22,509 bases of DNA. It comes from a bacterium (GTDB lineage: Bacteria; Zhuqueibacterota; Zhuqueibacteria; Zhuqueibacterales; Zhuqueibacteraceae). Below are positions 14,702-22,509 of this stretch, piece by piece. A model generated the notes under the pieces. The model had not been told where the DNA came from. It searched no databases and saw nothing but the letters and a program-made list of their open reading frames with translations. Made by a program: the position numbers and the translations under genes. The stretch covers positions 1 through 22,509 of the forward strand of contig JBIOXB010000138.1 in NCBI GenBank assembly GCA_044869275.1, given 5' to 3'. How positions within the stretch are numbered: position 1 is the first letter of the stretch; every line of letters starts with the position of its first letter.

Positions 14702-15124
14702 ATGGCCACCCTTGCTTCCACCGCTTTACGCCCAAAAAACAGCTTTGAAGAGTTTGTAAATGCCTCATCGAGTGACGGCTTTTTGCAGCGGGTGCCGGTC
14801 AATCGTCTCGGCAAAACTCTGTTTCTGCCGGTGCCGCGCGTAGTCTGGATCGGCACGCAATATCGCATGGTCTTCGCCCACACCGATCTGCAGCGGCACG
14901 CGCTCGATTTTGGCCTCGAAGAATTATGCGCCAAGCTCGACCCCGCCAAATTTTTCCGTGTTCACCGCTCCACCATTGTCAACCTCGATCAGATCGCGCA
15001 TATCGCCTGCCTTGAAGATGGCCGTTGTGTGCTCACCATGAAAGACAAAACCAATAGCACCATCACCGTGAGCCGCTACCGCGTCGCCGAATTCAAGCAT
15101 ATGCTCAACGGCCGGCCGGTTTGA
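14702..15124 (+). CDS. Stand-alone LytTR DNA-binding domain protein
   Basis: LEELCAKLDPAKFFRVHRSTIVNL...ITVSRYR LytTR signature. It is 140 aa with no receiver domain; strong AGGAGG SD. Confidence 0.9.
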   Translation: MATLASTALRPKNSFEEFVNASSSDGFLQRVPVNRLGKTLFLPVPRVVWIGTQYRMVFAHTDLQRHALDFGLEELCAKLDPAKFFRVHRSTIVNLDQIAHIACLEDGRCVLTMKDKTNSTITVSRYRVAEFKHMLNGRPV

Positions 15125-15301
15125 GCGAATATCCTTTTGCCGCCCCAAGTGTTCTTGATTGGCCTTGCGTTGACCTGCCACAAGCTGCCGCCCTCCAGCA
15201 AGTTCAGAACATTGGAATATTTCTCTGTCTCCTCACAACCTCTCTTCACCAAATTACCACGGAAATGCAGTTCGCAAATTCATAAAACACTTCAGCATGC
15301 C

Positions 15302-15369
15302 GTCATTCCTGCGCAAGTGGGAATCCAGGGAGCACGAAGAACTTGGATTCCCGCTTTCGCGGGAATGAC
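15302..15369. repeat. dRS3/RPE-like double palindromic element
   Basis: GTCATTCCTGCGCAAGTGGGAATCCA-spacer-TGGATTCCCGCTTTCGCGGGAATGAC. Positions 15347-15366 are an exact ATTCCC-N8-GGGAAT, 15305-15324 have one mismatch, and the two halves are inverted copies of each other. Confidence 0.85.
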
Positions 15370-15506
15370 AGGTTTCCATCATGATCGGGTGTCCACCTGG
15401 ACAGGGCAATTCCTGCCTGGGTGGGATGAATTTTCTGCGGTGATGCCATCCCGGTAATACTGCTATTTTTTCCATTTGTGGCCTCGCCCCTGCGTTATGG
15501 GCTTCG

Positions 15507-15535
15507 TTGTTTTTTTGATCCGCATTAGCTATATT
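15507..15535 (+). promoter_or_regulatory. Putative sigma70 promoter of the ABC-F gene
   Basis: TTGTTT (15507-15512), 17 nt spacer, TATATT (15530-15535), 30 nt before ATG 15566. Confidence 0.5.
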
Positions 15536-15565
15536 CCTGCCTGCATTTTAAACGATTCGGTATCT

Positions 15566-17521
15566 ATGATTCATATCCACCATCTGCAAAAACAATTCGG
15601 CGCGAAGACTATTTTTGACGCCGCTTCCGCGCATATTCCGCCGCACACGCGTGTGGGGCTGGTCGGGCCGAATGGCTCCGGTAAAACCACGCTTTTTCGC
15701 ATGCTCATCGGCGAGGAGGAGGCCGAGAGCGGCAGCATCGTGATTGCCAAGGGCGCGCGTCTCGGCTACCTCAAACAGGAAGTCTGGGAAAACCCCGAGC
15801 GCAGCGTGCTCGCCGAGACCCTGGCGGGCTTTCCGGAATTGCAGGCGATGGAGCAGCGGCTGATTCAAATGGAAGAAGAGCTCGCCCATGATTCGAATGC
15901 CGAGGCGCTGCGGCGTTACGGCGAGCTGCGCCAGCGCTTTGAAGCCGCGGGAGGCTATCAGGTCGAGCATCAGGCCAAAGCGATCCTGACCGGCATCGGC
16001 TTCAAACCGGAGCAGCATTACGCGCCGCTGCGCGTGTTTTCCGGCGGCTGGATCATGCGCGTGGCGCTGGCCAAGCTGCTGCTGAGCAAGCCCGAGGTGT
16101 TGTTGCTCGACGAGCCGACCAATCACCTCGATCTTGAATCCGTCGTCTGGCTGGAGAACTTCTTGCTGGATTATCCCGGCACGATCGTGCTGACCACGCA
16201 CGATCAAGTTTTCATGCAGCGCATTGCGACCCGTATCCTCGAAGTCAGCCTGCACAAATTGCACGCGTATATCGGCGATTTCGAATCATATGCCGAACAG
16301 AAAGCGGCGCGGCGCGAGCAATTGGAGGCGCAGTTTAAAAATCAGCAAAAGAAGATCGAGCAAACCGAGCGTTTTATCGAGCGCTTTCGCTATAAAGCCA
16401 CGAAAGCGCGGCAGGTGCAGAGCCGCATCAAAATGCTGGAGAAAATCGAGCGCGTACAATTGGAAAATGACGGGCCGCGCGCGATGAAATTCCGGTTGCC
16501 GCAGCCGCCGCGCGGGGGGCAGGAAGTGGTGCGGCTGTCAAAAGTAGAAAAACGTTATGGCGACAAAGTCGTTTATCGCGATCTTGATTTTACTCTTACC
16601 CGTGGGGATAAAGTGGCCTTGCTCGGCCCGAATGGGGCGGGGAAATCGACTTTGCTGAAAATGATCGTAGGCGTGTTGCCTTACGAAAGCGGCGCTTTGC
16701 AGTACGGCCATGAAATCACCGTCGATTACTACGCGCAGCATCAGTTGGAAAATCTGAATCCGGCAGCCACCATTTACGATGAAGTCGCCGCCGTCACGCC
16801 GCATTTATTGCCGGAGCAACGCCGCACTTTGTTGGGGGCGTTTTTGTTTACGGCCGATGAGATTTTCAAAAAAATCGCGGTGCTCTCCGGCGGCGAAAAA
16901 GCGCGTGCGGCCCTGGCAAAATTATTGGGCCGCCCGGCGAATTTGCTGGTGATGGACGAGCCCACGAACCATTTGGATATTCTGTCGCGGCAGATCTTGG
17001 AAGATGCGCTGTCCGATTATGAGGGCACGCTGATGTTCATCTCGCACGATCGCGCTTTTATCAATGCCATCGCCACGAAAATCGTCGAGGTGAACGAGGG
17101 CCGGCTGGTGACGTACTCCGGAAACTATGATGAGTATCTCTGGCAAAAAGAGCGCGCGCAGTTGGACAAAAACGAGGCCGCAAATCCCAACCCGGCCAAG
17201 GCGACGGAAGCCGCTGCTTCCGTTTCCGGCCGCAAGGGAGACCGGCGCGCGCGCGCCGCGCGCATTCAGGAGAAATCGCAGGCGTTGCGCCCGCTCAAGC
17301 AACGCTTGAAAGCCTTGGAAGCGGAAATTGCTACACTTGAAAAAGAAAAGGAAGATCTGCTGGCTGCCGTTTGCGATCCCCTCGTCATCGGCGATCAAAC
17401 CCTCTATCCGCAAAAACTCAAGCGCCAGCGCGAGGTGAATCTCCATCTGGAAAAGATTTTGGAAGAATGGGCGGCGCTCGGTGAGCAGATCGAACAGAAA
17501 GAAATGGAATACGGCGCATAA
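15566..17521 (+). CDS. ABC-F family ATPase (ribosome-associated, YheS/Uup/YdiF-like)
   Basis: Two nucleotide-binding domains (GPNGSGKT, FSGGW, LLLDEPTNHLD; GPNGAGKS, LSGGEK, LVMDEPTNHLD), a helical linker (FIERFRYKATKARQVQSRIK), a C-terminal coiled coil and no TM segments. Start at ATG 15566 (MIHIHHL). Confidence 0.95.
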   Translation: MIHIHHLQKQFGAKTIFDAASAHIPPHTRVGLVGPNGSGKTTLFRMLIGEEEAESGSIVIAKGARLGYLKQEVWENPERSVLAETLAGFPELQAMEQRLIQMEEELAHDSNAEALRRYGELRQRFEAAGGYQVEHQAKAILTGIGFKPEQHYAPLRVFSGGWIMRVALAKLLLSKPEVLLLDEPTNHLDLESVVWLENFLLDYPGTIVLTTHDQVFMQRIATRILEVSLHKLHAYIGDFESYAEQKAARREQLEAQFKNQQKKIEQTERFIERFRYKATKARQVQSRIKMLEKIERVQLENDGPRAMKFRLPQPPRGGQEVVRLSKVEKRYGDKVVYRDLDFTLTRGDKVALLGPNGAGKSTLLKMIVGVLPYESGALQYGHEITVDYYAQHQLENLNPAATIYDEVAAVTPHLLPEQRRTLLGAFLFTADEIFKKIAVLSGGEKARAALAKLLGRPANLLVMDEPTNHLDILSRQILEDALSDYEGTLMFISHDRAFINAIATKIVEVNEGRLVTYSGNYDEYLWQKERAQLDKNEAANPNPAKATEAAASVSGRKGDRRARAARIQEKSQALRPLKQRLKALEAEIATLEKEKEDLLAAVCDPLVIGDQTLYPQKLKRQREVNLHLEKILEEWAALGEQIEQKEMEYGA

Positions 17522-17540
17522 CCCGCCGGGCGGCTTTCGT

Positions 17541-19226
17541 CTAATTCGACATGCCGTGCAGCTTCATCCATTCCTCTTCAAACTCATTACCCCGCGTCCA
17601 GCGCGGCATTTCAGTGTCATTCGCGACTTTCAGCGCCGTCTGGAACAGAATGCGCACGTCGCGTTCGCAGCCGCTCAACTCCCAGGCTTCATCCACAACG
17701 TCGATCACTTGATGGTAGTGCGTTTCGTGATAGGCTTTCGTATCCACCTTGGGCGGGTTCACAAACTTTTTGCCGGGATTGAGGTACAAAGCCGGAATCC
17801 CTGCTTTCGCGAAATTAACCTGATCCGAGCGATAAAAGCTGCCGGCGTTGGGGTTGGGATCGCCTGTCACTTCCACCGGCACTGTTTTTCCGTCCATCAT
17901 CACGGTGTATTGCTGCGCCACGGACTTCAGCGCGTCGCCGAGCGTGCTCATATCGACGCCGATGGCGGCGAGGTCCGAGGTGACGCCGAATATTTGCGGC
18001 ATATCGATATTGAAATTCGCCACCAGCCGGGCGCGCTCGAAGGGCGGATGGTCCGCAAACCACTTGCTGCCCAATGAGCCGCTTTCTTCGGCGGCACAAG
18101 CCAGGAACAAAATCGAACGTTGGGGGCGGGCTTTCAAATCAACAAACGCTTCCGCCATATTGATGATGCACGAAGTGCCCAGCGCATTGTCCCATGCGCC
18201 GTTGTAGGTTTTATCCGGGCCGGGCAAATCCTCATTCTTGCCCAGATGATCATAATGTGCGGAAAACACGAGGACTTGCTGCTGCAATGCCGGATCGCTG
18301 CCTTCGAGCATGCCGATCACATTCCTGGTTTCGATGCGGCGCATGGCGGTCTCAATGTGCGCCGTTACCTTGTAACCGGTATCGACGGGCTTGAAATCGC
18401 GTGAAAGCGCCATGGCAAACAAACCGTCGAGATTCGTGCCCATGGCTTGGGCAATATGGCTGGCCGTTGCCTCATCCATCCATCCCAGCAAGTCCACTTG
18501 ATAGCCGCTGCCGGGCAAATCGAGCTCGAATTGTTCTTCCGCACCTTCGTGGCCGATCACGCTGAACGGGTAGCTCGCCGAGGGCGTGGTGTGAATCATG
18601 AACGCGCCAGCCGCACCGTGTTTCATGGCTTGCTCGAATTTGTAGGTCCAGCGGCCGTAATACGTGCGGGTATCGCCTTTAAACAACGCGGCGCCATTCT
18701 CCGTCACCGGCGGATCATTGTTCAAAAAGAGCAACACTTTTCCGCTCACCTCTGCGCCTTTGAAATCATCCCAATCGTGCTCTGGGGCTTCCACGCCATA
18801 GCCCACAAACAGCAGCGGCGCTTCCGCGACCTCGACGATTTCCTTTTGCGAAGTCGACCAAAATGTGAGCGTAGAGTCGGACAGATATGGCAGCTCGCCA
18901 CTTTGGCTCTGGAGCTTCAAAACAGATCTGTCCGCGATCTTTTTGCTGCCCACCAGCTTCACCGGCTGAAAATAAGAGCCGCTCACCGGCGCGAGGCCGC
19001 TATCTTTAAAGCGCTTGGCAATATAATTCGCCGCCTTCTCCTCGCCCGGCGTTCCGGGCGCGCGGCCCTCCATGTCGTCGGCAGAAAGCACCTGGACATC
19101 ATGCCTTATTTCTTCCTTGGTGATTTTTAGCAGCGCATCGGACTCGGAAACGCCGGTTTCGCCGCAAGCAATGAAAACGTAAAGAGAGAGGGCGGTGGCA
19201 GAAGCCAGGCGAAAGATGGGTCGCAT
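17541..19226 (-). CDS. M28 family metallopeptidase with PA domain, predicted lipoprotein
   Basis: Lipobox FIAC-G, LSADDMEGRAPGT, PA insert (FVGYGV.APE..WDDF), SAHYDHLG, NGAWDNALG, AAEESG, NIDM, RSDQ and YHQ. Start at ATG 19226, with GGAGAA SD. Confidence 0.93.
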   Translation of the reverse strand: MRPIFRLASATALSLYVFIACGETGVSESDALLKITKEEIRHDVQVLSADDMEGRAPGTPGEEKAANYIAKRFKDSGLAPVSGSYFQPVKLVGSKKIADRSVLKLQSQSGELPYLSDSTLTFWSTSQKEIVEVAEAPLLFVGYGVEAPEHDWDDFKGAEVSGKVLLFLNNDPPVTENGAALFKGDTRTYYGRWTYKFEQAMKHGAAGAFMIHTTPSASYPFSVIGHEGAEEQFELDLPGSGYQVDLLGWMDEATASHIAQAMGTNLDGLFAMALSRDFKPVDTGYKVTAHIETAMRRIETRNVIGMLEGSDPALQQQVLVFSAHYDHLGKNEDLPGPDKTYNGAWDNALGTSCIINMAEAFVDLKARPQRSILFLACAAEESGSLGSKWFADHPPFERARLVANFNIDMPQIFGVTSDLAAIGVDMSTLGDALKSVAQQYTVMMDGKTVPVEVTGDPNPNAGSFYRSDQVNFAKAGIPALYLNPGKKFVNPPKVDTKAYHETHYHQVIDVVDEAWELSGCERDVRILFQTALKVANDTEMPRWTRGNEFEEEWMKLHGMSN

Positions 19227-19260
19227 GATTTTCTCCATTTGAGACAATTGCTGTTTTTCA

Positions 19261-19289
19261 ATAATAGCATTTTCACGGCGAACTTGCAA
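19261..19289 (-). promoter_or_regulatory. Putative sigma70 promoter (extended -10) of the M28 peptidase
   Basis: On the minus strand: TTGCAA (19289-19284), 17 nt spacer ending in TGC, then TATTAT (19266-19261). Confidence 0.62.
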
Positions 19290-19339
19290 TTCGGAAATTC
19301 CCGGCGTCGGGCGATACCAACGGCCCCTGGGCAGTGCGC

Positions 19340-19368
19340 TTGCTTCTTTTTCGATTTTTTGTTATGCT
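19340..19368 (+). promoter_or_regulatory. Putative sigma70 promoter (extended -10) of the ydbH-like operon
   Basis: TTGCTT (19340-19345), 17 nt spacer ending in TGT, then TATGCT (19363-19368). It is divergent from the M28 promoter. Confidence 0.55.
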
Positions 19369-19420
19369 GAACAACAAAATCGTTTAGGACAAAACTCAGA
19401 GCGACAGTTGTCCGCTCAGC

Positions 19421-21895
19421 ATGACCAGCAAAACCGAAACTCGCATGAAGAGAGGACTGCTCGCTTTCGCCACACTGCTCGTCCTCCTGTTGGCGGCGGC
19501 CTTCACTCTGTACAAGATTTTCCTGCCGGATTACCTCGCCGATCAAATCAAACAAGCGGTGCAAGAGCGCGGCCTGTCTGAAATTTCGGTTGAAGTTGCC
19601 GAAGTCGCCCCTTCGCATGCCGTCCTGAAGAATTTCAGAATCGGAAAACAAAAGGGAATTTTCATTCGTGAGATTCGCGTGACTTTCAGCCGCGCTTCTC
19701 TTGCCCAAAAGCGCGTGCATGCCGTTCACTTGCATGGCGCAGAGTTCGACTTTTCCATCGCCGATCGCAAAGTCAACCCCGGGGTGCTGGCCAACTATAA
19801 GAGCATCGGCCCGCTGGTTCTGCCCTTTGACAGCTTGACCATCTCGGCGGCGGCGCTGCGTCTCGATTGGGAAGCCCGCCGTTTTCAGATTCCCTTGGAG
19901 GTGAAAATGCAAAACCGCCACGATGACTCCCTGGCTCTCGATCTACACGCGCATCTGGCGAACAACGATTTGCGCTTGCAAGCCTTGTGCACGATCGACT
20001 CATTGCATGGCAGCTTCAAATTGGAACTGGATCGTCTCGCCGCCGCGCTCTTGCAACACGCCCAAAAATCTTACTCTCCCAGCCTCCCCCTGAGCAGCGA
20101 GGGCCAGCTCAATGCGAAGGCGCAGCTCTGGTACAAAGGCGCGAAATGGCGCGCACACGTCTTTCTCGATGGCGATTCTTTACAGGTGGAATACGACACT
20201 GGCGCCTCGAACGGCCGCGTGCACGCCTCGCGACTGCAAGCCGATCTCGCGCTAAGCTCGGATAGCCTGAGCGTGGTGAAACTGGCGGGGATCGTCAATG
20301 GCGCGCCGGTGGAGGTGACGGCAAACCTCGATCTGGAAACGCTGGCGAGCGCCGGTGGCTTTCGACTCGCCGCCGTGCAAGCCGGCGTGCTCGATGAAGT
20401 CGCCAAAATCTTTTCGCCCGGTCTGTATTTGAAGTCTTCGGGCGCGCTGTCGGCGAAGGGAAGTTATGATTTTGACGGCAAAAATCTCGAGGTACACTTC
20501 GCACTCAGTGGCAAAAATTTTTCGTCACGCTTCGCCGTTGCCTCGCATGCTCTGCAAGTCTTTCCGGCGGAGCTCGAGGTGGACGCCAACCTTGCGCTTC
20601 CCAAAGAAAAACCCGCGCCGCGAAACGATCCTGAAGCAACCCGCCCACGTTTGCGCCTGCGCGACTTTGAAGCACGCGCAGAGGGGATGAAAATTTTCTA
20701 CGAGCCACTCGGCTTGGCGCTGGACAGCGTCTCGGCGCTGCTGCCGGTCCATTGGCAAAAACAGGAACTGCACGACGGCAAATTCTCCGTGGCGCACGTG
20801 CGCTGGCGTGAAATTGAGCTCTCAAAGTTGACAAGCACTTGGCACTGGAAAAACCGGCGTTTGGATTTTTCCGCTTCGTCGCCTCTCTTCGAAAATGCCC
20901 GGCTCGACTTGTCGGGCTGGATCGACCATGCACAAGAAAAAATCGCGGGGGAATTGTCCCTAAAAGTGCCGGCATTCACCCTGCAAAATAGCGCAGCGCT
21001 GATTCCCGCTTTTCCGTCATTGCGCGACCAGATCATTTCCGGGATGCTCGCGCTTGACGGCCGCATGAAAATGGCGGAAGGCGGTGTGATTCCTTATTTT
21101 CAGCTCAAAGCGGCGGCGGTCTCGTGGCAAAGCAAGTTGACCAAGGCTCGCGTCGATAGCATCACCGGCGCGCTCACGCTGACCGCTCTCAAGCCTTTGA
21201 CCAGCGCCCAGGGGCAGCGCTTCACTTTCGCCTCCGCCACCTTCGGATCTTTCATAGTCACGGCTGGTGAAGTCATGATGTCGCTTGCAAATAGCGACTC
21301 GATTCCGCTCCATTCCTTCTCCTGCTCTTGGGCCGGAGGCAAGCTATCGAGCCGCGATTTCGTGCTCAAACCCGCGGCGCAGCAGGTTCATTTTGTCTTG
21401 CACGTCGAAGCCGTAGATCTGCAGGCGATTTTGGACTTCATCAAGTATCAAGGCGTGAAGGGCTGGGGAAAGATTTATGGCGAGCTGCCGGTCACGCTGC
21501 GCTGGGGCGAGAAAAAGCGGCTGACATTCGGCGACGGCTATCTGGAAGCGCGGCCGCAAGCCGGCGTGCTGCAGCTCTCGCCGGAAAACGCGCAGGCGCT
21601 ATTGGGCAAACGCAAAGCGATCGACCCGCAAAACGCTTCACTGGAAGATCAAGTGAGCCTGATGGTGATCAACGCGCTGCAAGACATGGCTTACACCAAT
21701 CTGCGCATCGAATTCAAAAACGAGCCCGGCCGCGGTTTGATGACGTACGTGCGCGTGCAAGGCCATGGCCCGCGCAGCGATCCGGAAAAGCAAATTCCCA
21801 TCGGCGGTTTCAACGTCAACATCAATCATTTGGACGATTTGCTCAACAGTTTGATCTGGCCGAATCTGAGCGCAGGGAAAGCCAAACTTGAATAG
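19421..21895 (+). CDS. ydbH: YdbH-like (AsmA-like) intermembrane bridge/lipid transport protein
   Basis: One N-terminal TM helix and a long beta-strand-rich body. The C-terminal pattern WAGG...VDLQ.IL......G.G.I.G.LP...G.L.A...G.L...NAL....Y..L...G...FNVNI fits YdbH, and the gene sits ahead of ynbE- and ydbL-like genes. ATG 19445 is an alternative start. Confidence 0.8.
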   Translation: MTSKTETRMKRGLLAFATLLVLLLAAAFTLYKIFLPDYLADQIKQAVQERGLSEISVEVAEVAPSHAVLKNFRIGKQKGIFIREIRVTFSRASLAQKRVHAVHLHGAEFDFSIADRKVNPGVLANYKSIGPLVLPFDSLTISAAALRLDWEARRFQIPLEVKMQNRHDDSLALDLHAHLANNDLRLQALCTIDSLHGSFKLELDRLAAALLQHAQKSYSPSLPLSSEGQLNAKAQLWYKGAKWRAHVFLDGDSLQVEYDTGASNGRVHASRLQADLALSSDSLSVVKLAGIVNGAPVEVTANLDLETLASAGGFRLAAVQAGVLDEVAKIFSPGLYLKSSGALSAKGSYDFDGKNLEVHFALSGKNFSSRFAVASHALQVFPAELEVDANLALPKEKPAPRNDPEATRPRLRLRDFEARAEGMKIFYEPLGLALDSVSALLPVHWQKQELHDGKFSVAHVRWREIELSKLTSTWHWKNRRLDFSASSPLFENARLDLSGWIDHAQEKIAGELSLKVPAFTLQNSAALIPAFPSLRDQIISGMLALDGRMKMAEGGVIPYFQLKAAAVSWQSKLTKARVDSITGALTLTALKPLTSAQGQRFTFASATFGSFIVTAGEVMMSLANSDSIPLHSFSCSWAGGKLSSRDFVLKPAAQQVHFVLHVEAVDLQAILDFIKYQGVKGWGKIYGELPVTLRWGEKKRLTFGDGYLEARPQAGVLQLSPENAQALLGKRKAIDPQNASLEDQVSLMVINALQDMAYTNLRIEFKNEPGRGLMTYVRVQGHGPRSDPEKQIPIGGFNVNINHLDDLLNSLIWPNLSAGKAKLE

Positions 21896-21980
21896 TGATG
21901 GCAAGAAAATGATTTCAACTTAAGCGGGAATTCATTAACTTTTCATTGTAAAACCTTAGAACCTTAGCAGGAGGTGTAAT

Positions 21981-22172
21981 GTGATCAAAAGTCTCATGGC
22001 CGCGGCATTCGGCGCGGTGATGGTTTTAGGGGCGTGCAGCCCAACGGTGAAAGTCAAGCATGAGGTCGCGCCGATTTTCATCACCGTGGATGTCAATATC
22101 AAAGTGCAGAAAGAGCTGGAAAGCTTCTTCGATTTTGAAGGGGAAGCCAAGCCGGAAAACAAGCAAGAATAG
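21981..22172 (+). CDS. ynbE: YnbE-like small lipoprotein
   Basis: Lipobox LGAC, then PTVKV...API.ITVDVNIKV.KELE.FF; AGGAGGT SD; located between the ydbH- and ydbL-like genes. Confidence 0.85.
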   Translation: MIKSLMAAAFGAVMVLGACSPTVKVKHEVAPIFITVDVNIKVQKELESFFDFEGEAKPENKQE

Positions 22173-22183
22173 GAGAGTTTGCC

Positions 22184-22509
22184 ATGAAACGTATCATACC
22201 TATATTTTTGGTGCTTGCTATTTGGTCGTTTGGCGAGCAGACCGGAAATGCTGCCGCGCAGGATGCCAAAGAGCAAATTCGCGGGCGCATGAAAGAGCGT
22301 TATCCCGCGCTGATGAAAGCCAAAACCGAGGGCAAAATCGGAGAAACTGCGTTGGGTTTCGTCGAGATCATTTCTGAGAAAGACGCCAAGAGTGAACCAC
22401 TTAAGAAGCTCGCGGACACGGAAAACGCCGATCGCAAGCAACTTTATGAAATCATCGCCAAAGACGCCAGCACCACGGCGGAAGCGGTGGGCAAGCAGAA
22501 TGCGCTGCG
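22184..22509 (+). CDS. ydbL: YdbL/DUF1318 family exported protein (3' end outside the window; absent from the ORF track)
   Basis: Manual translation from ATG 22184: MKRIIPIFLVLAIWSFGEQTGNAAAQDAKEQIRGRMKERYPALMKAKTEGKIGETALGFVEII...KLADTENADRKQLYEIIAKDASTTAEAVGKQNAL, matching K..G.IGE...G..., EN.DR...Y..IA. AGGAG SD upstream. Confidence 0.88.
   Translation, partial: MKRIIPIFLVLAIWSFGEQTGNAAAQDAKEQIRGRMKERYPALMKAKTEGKIGETALGFVEIISEKDAKSEPLKKLADTENADRKQLYEIIAKDASTTAEAVGKQNAL

Noticed and set aside
15137..15475. ORFs 15137-15457 (+) and 15254-15475 (-)
   Set aside because: Their distinctive parts (VIPAQVGIQ...WIPAFAGMT; CHSRESGNP) are translations of the palindromic repeat. They have no SD and no protein-family features.
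15566..17521. Antibiotic-resistance ABC-F
   Set aside because: Its features fit housekeeping ABC-F proteins. The predicted leader is too short for an attenuator and there is no mobile context. Subfamily HMMs would be needed to settle it.
17522..17540. Bidirectional terminator between the convergent ABC-F and M28 genes
   Set aside because: Only a 4-bp stem (CCGC-CGG-GCGG) with minimal U-tracts, too weak to call.
22060..22441. ORFs 22060-22377 (+), 21956-22441 (-) and 22099-22290 (-)
   Set aside because: They are shadow frames of the ynbE and ydbL genes, which have SD sites and family motifs.
1..22509. CRISPR array, tRNA/rRNA or IS element
   Set aside because: I saw no repeat-spacer series, cloverleaf, rRNA-like tract or transposase ORF. 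The intergenic gaps are all under about 450 nt.

Overview
A bacterial chromosomal window, moderately GC-rich and mostly encoded on the + strand. It opens with a housekeeping run, tatD-rsmA-recO-glyQS. Two compact two-gene modules flank glyQS: a DUF4258/DUF2283-like toxin-antitoxin-type pair upstream, and a translationally coupled DUF5674-like gene plus an unknown helical partner downstream. Next come envelope and hydrolase genes: an S9 peptidase, a YkuD-like L,D-transpeptidase, a cupin coupled to a membrane-anchored multidomain GH113-like glycoside hydrolase, a DUF1353 protein and an M1-type gluzincin. These are followed by a stand-alone LytTR regulator, an ABC-F ATPase, a minus-strand M28 lipoprotein peptidase and a ydbH-ynbE-ydbL-like operon truncated at the window end. 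Several intergenic gaps hold short palindromic elements: 8-nt- and 6-nt-periodic hairpins and a dRS3/RPE-like double palindrome. I saw no rRNA, tRNA, CRISPR array, transposase or integrase. All family calls come from motif recognition by eye, not from database searches.
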